From positions 55,180,001 to 55,244,000 of the forward strand of contig OX597833.1 of assembly GCA_951406725.2 (NCBI GenBank): a stretch of DNA of 64,000 nt, read 5' to 3'. The position numbers and the translations under genes were made by a program. Below the pieces are notes generated by a model. It worked only from the letters and a program-made list of their open reading frames with translations, made no database searches and was not told where the DNA came from. Of the stretch, positions 24,249 through 35,502 are shown one piece after another; position 1 is the stretch's first letter, and each line of letters opens with the position of its first letter. The stretch is from Octopus vulgaris (Eukaryota).

Positions 24249-25429
24249 ATACTCCATTCATTTTTATCCACCTCATACCTTGAAGATCCAACTTAATGCT
24301 TCATCATCACTATTTTTATTGCTTTCCAGCTTCCTGAAATCTCTCCCTTCTAAAATATGAGTAAAGATGTAGCTCCACTACAGCAAGAAACCTGTTCTAC
24401 TCTATTTCATCTCTCATACTTTTAACCTTCATCTCTGAGCATAAGGCTGCTGCCTTGAGGTTCATGGTCTTGCAAGCTGCATGGTGACTCCTCTAGTGTT
24501 GGTGCATGAGAGAAGCACTCAGTACATGATGTAAAGTAGGAAAGACATCAGGTTGTAGAAACCATGCCAAAATAAACACTGGAGCATAATGCAGTCCTTG
24601 AAATTGTTTTATCCTTCAAACCATCCAACTTACGCTGGCATGGAACATGGATATTAAATGATGATGATTCCAGATTTTGATAGACTCCAGATTTTCCTAC
24701 TTACTCCTTCTCCATATATTAGTCATGGTAACTTCCCATATATCAGTAGAGTTGTGTTTTCTTTCCTGCTCACTCAAACTTATGTCTTTGCTAAGTTTAC
24801 AGTGGCAGATGCTTAATTCCCTGTTTTGCTTCTGTGTAGGAAACTTCTTAATATCCAGCAGATACATCCATGAGTACTTGGTCCTCACCATACAAGGGTT
24901 ACCACTGACAGCTGATTTTAAAAGTTCCTTTGTTGTGGCCTGGGGAGATGTAATATAAAGTAGCAGCTCAGAACTAAATTCTGATATACAACTTTTATAC
25001 CTGCTAAATTTTTCGATGAAGTCTTTGCTAAGTCTTTATATACGGCATATTTGTAGTAGACTTGCATGGCTCTTACAGGTCCTCCACGTCAAATGCTAGT
25101 TACAATGGTTTCTTCTTATTTAAGGACGTTTCTTCTTGTATTTTCTCACAGTACTCTGTTCTGGCAATATTCTAAACTGTATCTCATCTAAGTTAATTCT
25201 CCTCATCGGCTGCTCTGTAATTCTTTATTACTTTCACGATCACCTCTTTACAAAAGCAAACATGCACATACGAAAATGCAGTCCTTTGGGTAGAAGTTAA
25301 AACTACTGGAATGTAATTAAAAGTTTTGTCTGTGTCTGGAAAACTATGTTGTTGTTGTTATTGTTGTTGTGGTGGTAGTCATTCTTGTTGTTGTTGACAC
25401 TGTCTCACTTTGTGAGATGTCCGACATCT

Positions 25430-25654
25430 CCGGGTGAATTAGTGAAGTTTTATGGAATCAGACTTTTCCAATTGCTGACTCAATTCCAGAATCTCAATAA
25501 CACTCTCGACTCTCATTCTTTGTTCCACAACGGTGCTATTTCTCAAGAAGGAGACTCGTTAATTAACAGCGATAGCGAGATTATTATCGCTCCTATTGAT
25601 AAACTCTGTCGTTCAAAGAGAACCATCAAACCACGTGAAAGACTTAATTTGTGA
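25430..25654 (+). pseudogene. Probable C-terminal tail of a Gypsy-type LTR retrotransposon pol (fragment)
   Basis: The ORF ends ...DKLCRSKRTIKPRERLNL*, resembling the LRRSxRxxKPPxRLxL terminus common after Gypsy integrases; no catalytic domain is visible. Confidence 0.5.
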
Positions 25655-25804
25655 CTTTATTATCATGTTAAATTGTATAAACATAAAATCTAATTTCAGA
25701 TTGGATTATTTGTGTTATTGCTGTGGAGCTTTTGTTAATTTTACATTCTCATAGTTCATTGTAATATAATATACACATATAGGAAGTTCACATAGTTCAT
25801 TGAT

Positions 25805-25813
25805 ACACATATG

Positions 25814-25848
<35 letters not shown>

Positions 25849-26120
25849 ATATATGTATGTATGTATGTATGTATATATATGTATGTAAAAATATGTATAT
25901 ATATATATATGTGTGTGTGTATATATGTATATGTATGTATATATGTATATGTATGTATATATGTATATGCATGTATGTATATACATGTATGTATATGTAT
26001 ATGCATGTATATGTATGTATGTATGTATGTATATATATATATATATATATAGATATGTGTGTATGTATGTATATATATGTATGTATGTATATATATATAT
26101 AGATATGTGTGTATGTATGT

Positions 26121-26156
<36 letters not shown>

Positions 26157-26460
26157 GTATGTATATATATATATATATGTGTGTAAGTATATATATGTAT
26201 GTGTGTGTATGTATATATATATGTATGTATATATATATATGTGTGTATGTATGTATGTATATATATATATGTATGTGTATGTATATATATGTATGTATAT
26301 ATATGTATGTGTATATATATATATATATATGTATGTGTATGTATATATATTTATATGTATGTGTATGTATATATATTTATATGTATGTGTATGTATATGT
26401 ATATATATATATGTATGTATATATACATATATATATACATATATATAGATAGATAGATAG
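25805..26460. repeat. Compound TA/TG microsatellite
   Basis: Directly visible. Confidence 0.97.
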
Positions 26461-26483
26461 GTAATTATAGATAGGAAATTGAA

Positions 26484-26757
26484 TGTTGTGATTCTACTTT
26501 ACTTTAATAATGTAATATATGAGAGGTGAGTTCTCTTTCTCACTTAAAATCGCATATCGATTTGTCGCATCATCTGGTGGAATAAAGTCTCGGTTTATAG
26601 TTTCTATCATCATTACTTCTTGCTCTGTAGGTAAGCAGGTCGTTAAGTCCTTATCACAATTCCACGTTAAGCATACGAGTTGTAGATACATGTACTTATT
26701 ATAGCGGGTATAGAACGGAAGAAATAATAGGCTGCAGATGACCGATGACCACTACCA
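26484..26757 (+). mobile_element. Possible LTR
   Basis: Starts TGTTGTGATTCTACTTT (also at about 22986, with a shared GAGGTGAG.TCTCT downstream), has an internal AATAAA, ends ...ACTACCA and lies downstream of the Gypsy-like tail. Confidence 0.35.
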
Positions 26758-26859
26758 CTGTATCATTCCTATACTGGGAACTGTGGAGATCAGCTTGGAT
26801 GCCTGCAGCAAACTGTGATAGAGATATCGTGGTTGATTTGCTATAACTACAAACATAGA

Positions 26860-27067
26860 AGCCGTTCGATTCATTTTTGTCAGTGAACAGGTCGCGGTCT
26901 TAAAGCGACGAAAATATTTTGACAATTTAAACTTAAATGTTGAAGTGAATCGAATGGCTTTTGTGTGTTTCTTAAATAGCTTACAAACACCATCCACACT
27001 GCAATTGTTTTCGTTTCAGCACACGATCTCAGATCAAATCACTTGCTATGCAAGTACATCTCCGTAT
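26860..27067 (+). mobile_element. Non-autonomous Penelope-like element, family HH-2 (short inverted 5' segment)
   Basis: Near-identical to 14478-14670; 9-bp TSD AAACATAGA (26851-26859 and 27068-27076); the 5' AGCCGTTCGATTCA is an inverted copy of an internal segment. Confidence 0.82.
26876..26925 (+). ncRNA. Minimal hammerhead fold, G3:C8 variant (second copy)
   Basis: UUGUCA-GUGAACA-G-GUCGC-GGUCUUAAA-GCGAC-GAAA-AUAU-UU-UGACAA; core identical to 14480-14530. Confidence 0.8.
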
Positions 27068-27191
27068 AAACATAGATTCTCTTGTTATTATGGACTCAAT
27101 ATCCTCTTTGTGGTCGCATGTTGTTAGGAGTCTGTGATCATGCTCCTGTATGCAAGTTTAGATGTGCATATTCATGTGTATATGTATGTGT

Positions 27192-27485
27192 GTTGTTGTT
27201 TGTTCCTTCTCAAGCCACGCCTGGCTCATAGGGCCGGTTTCCTTGGCATTTAGGTTCCCCACCTGGACGGGACGCCGGTCCTTCGCAGGTGAGCTGCAAG
27301 ATGCAGGAAGAAAGAGTGAAAGAAGTTGTAGTGAAAGAGTCAGCAGAAGTTTGCCATTACCTTCTGCCAGAGCCGCGTGGAACTTAGGTGTTTCGCTCAT
27401 AAACAGACACATTGCCCGGTCTGAGATTCGAACCTGCGATTCCTTGACCATGAGTCCGCTGCTCTAATCACTAGGCCTCCACACG
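27192..27485 (-). mobile_element. SINE family D'
   Basis: Reverse complement of 14844-15152. Confidence 0.88.
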
Positions 27486-27897
27486 TATTGATTGATTGAT
27501 TGATTGATTCTAGTTTCAGCTCACGAGCTGTGGCCATGCTGGGGTACCGCCATGCGTGATCTAAAAAACTGAATCGTATTGAATTATCTTCCTTAGCTCA
27601 TCATCATCATCATTATCAACATCAGCAACACATATTCACTTTTCCATGCTTGTTTGGGTCAGATGCAGTTTGTTAAGGCAGATTTTCTATGACTGGATGC
27701 CCTTTCTGTCACCAACTTGGTTCGAAGCAAGGTAATATTTCTCTGTAGCTAGGGAGTAACATTGAAGCCCGGAACTTGACAAGTGTTTATTTTATCAAAC
27801 CCTGAAAAGATGAGAGGCAAAGTCAATCTTGGTGGAATTTGAACTCAGAATGTAAGGATAAATGAAATACCTCTAAACATTTTGCCTGACATGTTAA

Positions 27898-28118
27898 CCC
27901 TTTTGTTCTCGTATTTATTTTGAGATGTTCTGTGTTTCTTTCAAGTAATTTTAAATATAACAAAAAATTTAGTAAAATAACTTAGTTATCATTCAGCTAG
28001 TATTAGGAACATAAATTGTGACTAAGGTTTGGTGGAAGATTTTAATTCAAAACCTATGAAAATAAGACATTTGTACTCAGAGCCAGAGCCGGTTTCGGCC
28101 AGGTTGGTAACGAAAGGG
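27898..28118. mobile_element. piggyBac-type MITE P1 nested in an old SINE B
   Basis: TTAA TSDs and TIRs; flanks 27770-27897 and 28119-28140 join into a minus-strand SINE B. Confidence 0.88.
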
Positions 28119-28140
28119 TTAATGATTCTGTTAGCTCACC

Positions 28141-28171
<31 letters not shown>

Positions 28172-28439
28172 TTAATAATAATAATAATAATAATAATCTT
28201 TTCTTTATGTGGTCGCCATGCCTACTAAGAATAACAGTCAAAACATACTTCCCCTGAATTACATGCTACCATTTTAAAACAGAGGAGGATACATTAGATA
28301 ATGTAGTGTTAAATGTTCCCAAAAGATGTGTTGATCTAAGAAGGTTTTTGATAAGTTTCTTGAGAAAGTATATATAGATGGTTAGGTGATAGTGTGCTGG
28401 AAAAACTGTCAAGTTGTCAAGGCCCATGTCAGCAAATTT

Positions 28440-28780
28440 GCACAATGTCCGTGATCTCTGGTTCAGTCACACTGCATGGCACATTGGGCAAGTGTTTTCT
28501 ACTATAGCCTCAGGCTGACCAATGCCTTGTGAGTGAATTAGGTTGGTAGATACTTTGTGAAAACTTGTGTGTGTATGTTTGTGTGTCTGTCTGTTTGTCT
28601 TACTGTTTGAAAAACTGATGTTGGTTTGTTTATATTCCTGTAACTTGGTGACCTGGCAAAAATGAGCTGATGGAACCAGTACCAGACTTTATAAAAAGTA
28701 AGTATAGGAACTGATCTGTCAAGGCAGGGCCCCAGCATGGCCACAGTCTAGTGGTTGAAACAAGTATAACAGAAAAGGTT
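28440..28780 (+). mobile_element. SINE family A, diverged
   Basis: GGTTCAGTCAC...GGGCAAGTGTTTTCTACTATAGCC...CCCCAGCATGGCCACAGTC. Confidence 0.75.
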
Positions 28781-29812
28781 TTTTAAAAAATGCTGTAAAT
28801 AGGTAGGTACCATGGAATAGGATCAACAATTCTATAAAATTGATACAAGTTTTATTAACTGGTTATAACTGCTAGCTGGTATCTTGGTCCGATTTGCTCT
28901 TAGTTATCAACAATTCAGGTTTAAATTTTGTATTGATTAAAGTCATATGTACCACGTGTATATAAATTCATAAAATCAAAGGCATTTGAATTATAGAGCT
29001 GTGACATTTCAAACAACCCTTTAGAAAAGAAATTTGAATGGTTTTATCCATAGAATGTCTTGCTCCATAATGATAGAATTCTAGAATTCCTGTCTTACTT
29101 TGGCAAACAACCCTGTTTCAATTCATAAATTTTAATGGCTGAATTTTTTTTTTTTTTCCAACACAGCAGACAGCCTAGTTTCTTCCGCCACTATTTTTTT
29201 CTTTACTATATTCAGAATTGATGAGGTGCTGAAAGCATTGATCTTGACAGCAGTTTAAGTGATACATCAAACAGCAGTGTTTGAAATGGAGAAGACAGAT
29301 GCGTATGGATGTGCGTCTGCATATGCTTGTGCGGGATTGAGACACAATTTTTCTATCGCAAGACTTTTTTTTGTTTGTCTTTTTTTTTCCTCTTTTTTCC
29401 AATCATAAAATCTATTTTTAAAAAAAAATATATATATTTACTCCAACTGGCATTCGCTGTTGACAAACAGTTGCTACTTTAAAGAAAGGAAGATATTTTA
29501 ACATTTGAACTTAGTAGCATGTGATTTCACTCGGTAGTAATTAATAAATGTTAATGAAATTAAATAGAAATCATCCGTTGATTAGTTGAAGAGATTGAAC
29601 ACCTGTTTCTGTCTAAACTGTATTTCCAATGCCTCACCAACAGGAGGAAGCAGCTTCTGTATATCTGGAAGAACATGATGTATTTTCTCTTTTTCTTTTT
29701 CTCCCATCTCAAATACTGAATAAATATTTATAGCTGCAAATATAAGTCTAATCAAAAGTTCATGTGTGTGTGTGTGTGTCTGTATGTGTGCATGTGCATT
29801 ATTATCATTATG

Positions 29813-29852
<40 letters not shown>

Positions 29853-30349
29853 GTATTAGTATTGTTATTATTATTCAGCTTGCTAATAAACAATTCCAGT
29901 AATATAAAGTTTTGTTTATCTCTGAAATTAACAAAACTCCCATGGGAAGATCCCCAGAGCCTTGGAACACACCACATGGCTCTTATCAAGTGTGCATGTG
30001 TATGCACACGCACACACATATGCACATGTATATACATTACATATATATACACACATTCATTGTTTATATACATATTGTGTATATCCTTGTATTGTGTTTA
30101 ATGTGTGTGTTATATATTGTGTATATATTTATATGCATATAGTATGAAGGCAAATGTTTTAGCATGTATTATGTGTGTATGAATATATATATATATATAT
30201 GTATGTATGTATATAAACATACATAAATGTGTAATGGTGTCTGTCCATGTGTATGTTTGGGGTAACTCTAACTCCTCCCATACCATCCAACCAATTTTAA
30301 CAACTTTTGGCACATAGGTAGATCACATGCCCTGAAATTCAAATAAGGC

Positions 30350-30480
30350 GGGGTGACAAACACAGATACACATTCATACACCCACACACACATACCAGGC
30401 TTCTTTCAGTTTTCGTCTGCAAAGTCCACTCACAAGGGTTTCGTTGGCCTGAAGCTGTAGTAGAAGACACTTGCCCAAGA
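30350..30480 (-). mobile_element. SINE family A fragment
   Basis: GGCTTCTTTCAGTTTTCGTCTGCAAAGTCCACTCACAAGG...GAAGACACTTGCCCAAGA. Confidence 0.8.
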
Positions 30481-30498
30481 TATGTATATGTATGTATA

Positions 30499-30534
<36 letters not shown>

Positions 30535-30537
<3 letters not shown>

Positions 30538-30723
30538 AGAATACATGAAAAAAACAAAAGATGAAGACAGGTGGTGTAGACAACAAACAGATGTATTAGT
30601 TTAACGCTCGGGAATTGAAAAAGCCTTTAACGTTTCGAGCCTATGCTCTTCCTTAGAAAGTAACACAGAAAGAAACAAGGAGAGAAAAAAATGTGTGTAG
30701 CAGCTACTGATCTATCATGGTGA
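30535..30723 (-). mobile_element. Family HH-4 pLTR-like element within (TA)n
   Basis: Reverse complement matches 47250-47440; motif at 30625-30660 reads CUUU-CUAAGGA-A-GAGC-AUAG-GCUC-GAAA-CG-UU-AAAG on the minus strand. Confidence 0.65.
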
Positions 30724-30749
<26 letters not shown>

Positions 30750-30754
<5 letters not shown>

Positions 30755-30904
30755 AAACAAAACTGTCCGACGAACGGGAACGTGAAACTCCGAGTAACAG
30801 GTTTTGTTGAATTTCTGCTGCTTTTAAATAAAGCATATTACTCTACCTCTGGTATTGAGTACTCTTTTTTTCCACCTTGTTTCACATTTATGTGTTTACT
30901 CCGG
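30750..30904 (+). mobile_element. Short pLTR-like element (family HH-3) flanked by (TA)n
   Basis: Complex sequence of about 155 bp between two TA tracts, with a hammerhead at its 5' end and AATAAA at 30827-30832. Confidence 0.6.
30756..30808 (+). ncRNA. Type-I hammerhead ribozyme fold, U4C core variant
   Basis: AACAAAACUGU-CCGACGA-ACG-GGAA-CGU-GAAA-CUC-C-GAG-UA-ACAG(G)UUUUGUU: 11-bp bulged stem I, GNRA-capped stem II, predicted cut after GUA (30796). Confidence 0.75.
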
Positions 30905-30919
30905 TATATATATATCTAT

Positions 30920-31048
<129 letters not shown>

Positions 31049-31611
31049 CACATGTATCAGTGTATAGTGGTGACTTACTGTATTGAGCTTAATATTGGAA
31101 AGCAAACTCGATCATCATTTTGGAGAGTAAATAGCATGTTTATCTAACCATATTCTATGTTTGTTAATTGTGCAGAAAAAGTGAGAATAGATAAGGAGAG
31201 ACTATCTATGTACGAGTGTCTTACCACTAACGCACTTTCCCCCGTTCTCCTCCTTAATTACATATTTCTTATGCATACACACAGTATGCTCTTAGAGAAA
31301 TACAAATACACCAGTTTTATCAGAATCCGTATAACTTAAAAACATGGTGGCTTTGGGTAGCGGGGTGTGTGCAGTGTGGGTTCGGTGGGGTTAGGTGTAC
31401 TTCATTGCACTCTCGAAACCTTTTCTGACAAAGTATGAAGATTCGATCAAAAGAAGTAGGTCACACATTTGATGTATACAACCACCAACATTACCATTGC
31501 CATCTCTCGCAAACGTACACAAACATTTCATATTTTGTCGAGAGAAAAACATAAAAAACGTTAGAAGAAATATTCTGACTTAATATTCTTTAAAAAACAA
31601 AAAAAACAAAA

Positions 31612-32005
31612 GGGCGCAGGTGTGGCTGTGTGGTAGGTAGCTTGTTTACCAACCACATGCTTCCGGGTTCAGTCCCACTGCATGGCACCTTGGGCAAGTG
31701 TCTTCTACTATAGCCTCGGGCCGACCAAAGCCTTGTAAGTGGATTTGGTAGACGGAAACTCAAAGAAGCCTGTCATATATATGTATATATATATATGTGT
31801 GTGTGTGTTTGTCCCCCTAGCATTGCTTGACAACCGATGCTGGTGTGTTTATGTCCCTGTTACTTAGCGGTTCAGCAAAAGAGACTGATAGAATAAGTAC
31901 TGGGCTCACAAAAGAATAAGTTCCGGGGTCGAGTTGCTTGATTAAAGGCGGTGCTCCAGCATGGCCGCAGTCAAATGACTGAAACAAGTAAAAGAGTAAA
32001 AGAGA
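31612..32005 (+). mobile_element. SINE family A, full length
   Basis: GGCGCAGGTGTGGCTGTGTGG...GTAAAAGAGTAAAAGAG. Confidence 0.92.
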
Positions 32006-32323
32006 ATGATGATAAAATTCTTTTGATTTTTTTCTTTACACCTGCTCTCAGGTGTGGCTGTGAAGTTAAGCGGGTCCCTTTGCAACCATATAGTTCCTGG
32101 TTCATTTTCAGGGTTGCACGACACTATGGGCAGTTGTCTGCCACTGGAAGTTTGAGCTTACCTTGTGATTTGAACTTTGGCTGATGGAAACTGTGCAGAA
32201 GCTTCTCTTCCGTGCTTCCACGTTTGTTTCATTTGCTTCATCTTTTACTTGTTGCAGAGATTATGCTGTGGCCATTCTGGAGCACCATCTTGAAGAATTT
32301 CAGTTGAACAAATTGGCCCCATT

Positions 32324-32846
32324 AGGATCTTTACCTTTTGACCTACAGATTTAAAAAATAATTTTTTGTAACTAAACACTTTCAAACTTCTGACACTGGT
32401 GGAATGTGTCATATAAAACATCTTTTACTCTTAGCATTTTTGAGAAAAACTTATAATTACATAGATATTTCACCTTAAAGTTCTCGTATTTCTGTAATTT
32501 CAACCAATCAATGATGTGTATTCAGCTGAATAAAATTACTGCCGCTGTTTGTCAACAATAACTTCCGGCGGTAAATTTTTTTTGTCACTGTTATTTATGA
32601 CATCGTTCGTGCGTTTGTACTGATTTTAGGGTTAGGGTGTTAAGGTTGGGGTTTTAGGGTTAGGGTTATCATAAATAACAGTGATAAATGAAATATACAC
32701 TGCCAGAAGTTTTTGTCAACGAACAACAGCAGTAATTTTATTCAGCTGAATACACGTCATTGATTGGTTGAAATTACAGAAATACGAGAAATTTATGGTG
32801 AAATATCTTTGTAAATATAAGTCTTTCTCAGAAACTGTAAAGAATC
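32324..32846. mobile_element. Foldback DNA element with central telomere-like repeats
   Basis: About 170-bp inverted arms (about 32430-32600 vs 32669-32842) around TTAGGG-like repeats; CCCATT on both sides; related to 37962-38383. Confidence 0.75.
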
Positions 32847-32849
32847 CCA

Positions 32850-33066
32850 TTGTGTGTGTGTGTGTGTGTTTGTCCATCACTGCTGACTAACTGCTGTGTT
32901 GGTGTGTTCATATCCTCATAACTTAGCAGTTCGGCAAAAGAGACTGATAGAATAAGCACCAGGTTTTAAAAAATAAGTACTGGGGTCGATGCATTCGATT
33001 AAGAGTTCTCCAAGGCGGTGCCCCAGCATGGCCACAGTATCATGACTGAAACATGTAAAAGATAAA
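32850..33066 (+). mobile_element. SINE family A 3' half
   Basis: AACTTAGCAGTTCGGCAAAAGAGACTGATAGAATAAG...CCCCAGCATGGCCACAG. Confidence 0.8.
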
Positions 33067-34884
33067 CGATATGCCAGAGCCAGTCAGTCTGTGATTTGGG
33101 AACACTAAGCCTAAAACGAGAGTACTTCAAGGTGACTTCAAATTGCACTTGTCTAACCCCTGCTTGCACAAATTCTAACTACTGGACTTTTAGGGTTTAA
33201 AGTCCCCAAATAATTATTATGAAAAAAGAAAAGGAAAAGGAATAGCAAAAAATAATCAAGGATATAATAAATTACCCCATATGTTGTGTGGATTATTAAT
33301 ATCCTCGTATTAGGGCCTTTATAGAAAATAAATCAAATTTTGAAATTAGCAAAATCCTGGCAATCCATTTTAGTAAACCCGTCTTAGTAAATAAGTGATA
33401 GGGGAAGAAATGTGGAGTTGGGGGGGGCAGGCAAAGAAAGTGAGAAATGGCTTAGTTGATGCCATCAAGTAAAAAGCAATTAATGTTACGGCTGACATAT
33501 GAAAACATGCCTGCAATTATTTAAGTTAATTATAAACATTTTCATGAAACAGATAGGTTAGCCTTCTTCTTTCTTTTTCTTTTTTTTTTTTTTTTTAGCA
33601 ATCAGAAATGAGATTTTAAATCTTATCCTTCAACTCTTGAGTTTTCTCCTCTCAGTTCTGTTGAGCATCCAATCCATGAAACACAAATTTTCTCCCCCTA
33701 TTTCCCTCCTTTTTTTGTTTTTGCTTTTGATTTTTTTTTTTTTTTAATAAAGTAGTTGAGAAGACATTCATAAAGTCAGAAAAGAATTCTGAAATTGAAA
33801 TAGGGTTTTCAGAGGCACAGGCATAGCTGTTCCCAAACCACATAGTTCTAGGTTCACTCCTGCTGCATGGCACCTTGGGCAAATGTTTCCTACTTTAGCC
33901 TCCTACTATACGACTGCATTATAATCTTAGATTTGTAAAAAAAAAAACAAAAAAAACAATTGTATTCTGTATACTTTGTATTCTCAGCCGAAGCATCTTT
34001 AATCATAGGTCAACTGGACCAGCGCCAACCTAGGGCTAATCAACAACTGCTAATGAGTTTTCTGTGACAGCTGAGCACCGTAACATAGATCAAATTGAGT
34101 ATACACTGGATATCTAAAATTACAGTAGGGAGTACACACGTGCACGCCCTACCTCCCTCATACGCACGCATTTGTTCTATACTTAGGTTTCTCCTTCATC
34201 ATTGATCGAGTTTCTCTTTTATTTATAAGGTTATTTCTTGCTTTGCTAACTACTAATCTGTATTAAATTATATGGGTAGCAAATTACATGAGGAGCAAAT
34301 TCAATTTTCACTGCTTGCATCTCAAGATTTAATTATTGTTTATGTAGAAAATAAAACTAGCGTTTGGGTCTGAAGAAGAAATGTTTTAGGTCTTCTACAC
34401 AGCTCCTGCAATACTGCAATAATGGTGACATGCATAAACCATTTGAGAAAATGAAAATGGGAAAATTTTTTTTTTTTTTTTTTTGTTATTCCAGGTTTGG
34501 TTAATGTTTCCTCTCTGAGGTAAACTAAAAGAAATTGGATCTTGTTTTATGATGGATATTACGATTGAAAGAAATGAAAGAAAGAGAAAAATAATGTAAT
34601 TTCTTTGGTGTCCACTGTGGGAAAGAAAGGCAAAGCTGGTCCGAAGCCTTGATTCTGTAATGTCTCTGCTTTTGTGTGTCATAGATGTCACTGTTAGACT
34701 CAAGATGTCGTGAGTCATGTGAGTCATGGAAAGATGTGTTAAGAGGCAGAGAAAATATCTCTCGAACCCTTGGCAAACCAATTTTGCATCCTGGTTTTCA
34801 ATTCTCTGTGATAGCTATTTCACTTCACTTAACTTTCTTTTGAGATGTTATGCAAGACATTAAACTTTGTTAATTTGTTTTTCC

Positions 34885-35075
34885 TTACTCTTTTACTTGT
34901 TTCAGTCATTTGACTGCGGCCTTGCTGGAGCACCGCCTTTAGTCGAGCAAATCGACCCCAGGACTTATTCTTTGTAAACCTAGTAATTTATTCTTTCGGT
35001 CTCTTTTGCCAAACTGCTAAGTTACGGGGACGTAAAAACACCAGCATTGGTTGTCAATCGATGTTGGGGGGACAA

Positions 35076-35106
<31 letters not shown>

Positions 35107-35275
35107 TATATGACGGGCTTCTTTCAGTTTCCGTCTACCAAATCCACTTACAAGGCTTTGGTCGGCCTGAGGCTATAGTAGAAGACACTTGCCCAAGGTG
35201 CCACGCAGTGGGGCTGAACCCGGAACCGTGTGGTTGTGAAGCAAGCTACTCACCACACAGCCACTCCTACGCCTG
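34885..35275 (-). mobile_element. SINE family A, full length
   Basis: Reverse-complement match to family A. Confidence 0.92.
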
Positions 35276-35502
35276 TAAAGAAAAGACAAAAAAAATTTAA
35301 TTTCATGTTTCTGTAGAAAAAAATAATGGAAACTTTAGCCATGTGTTATAGTTATTTGTTATTGCTGTTCACTTAACTCTTATCACTCCTATGGTCAAAT
35401 GTTCTCCAGCTATTGATTGATTCTAGTTTCAGCTTATGAGCTGTGGCCATGCTGGGGCACCGCCATTTATGTCGATGTTGTCTTATTTTCAGGCATAGTA
35501 TA

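Noticed and set aside
24677-24958. 93-aa and 64-aa ORFs as a possible LINE remnant
   Set aside because: No identifiable RT or endonuclease motif on inspection.
29195-29340. Possible exon after a polypyrimidine tract and CAG (IDEVLKALILTAV)
   Set aside because: The frame closes quickly, with no convincing donor site or recognisable protein.
32625-32670. TTAGGG repeats as a telomere or chromosome-fusion scar
   Set aside because: Only a few units, inside TIR/foldback elements that recur in the window.
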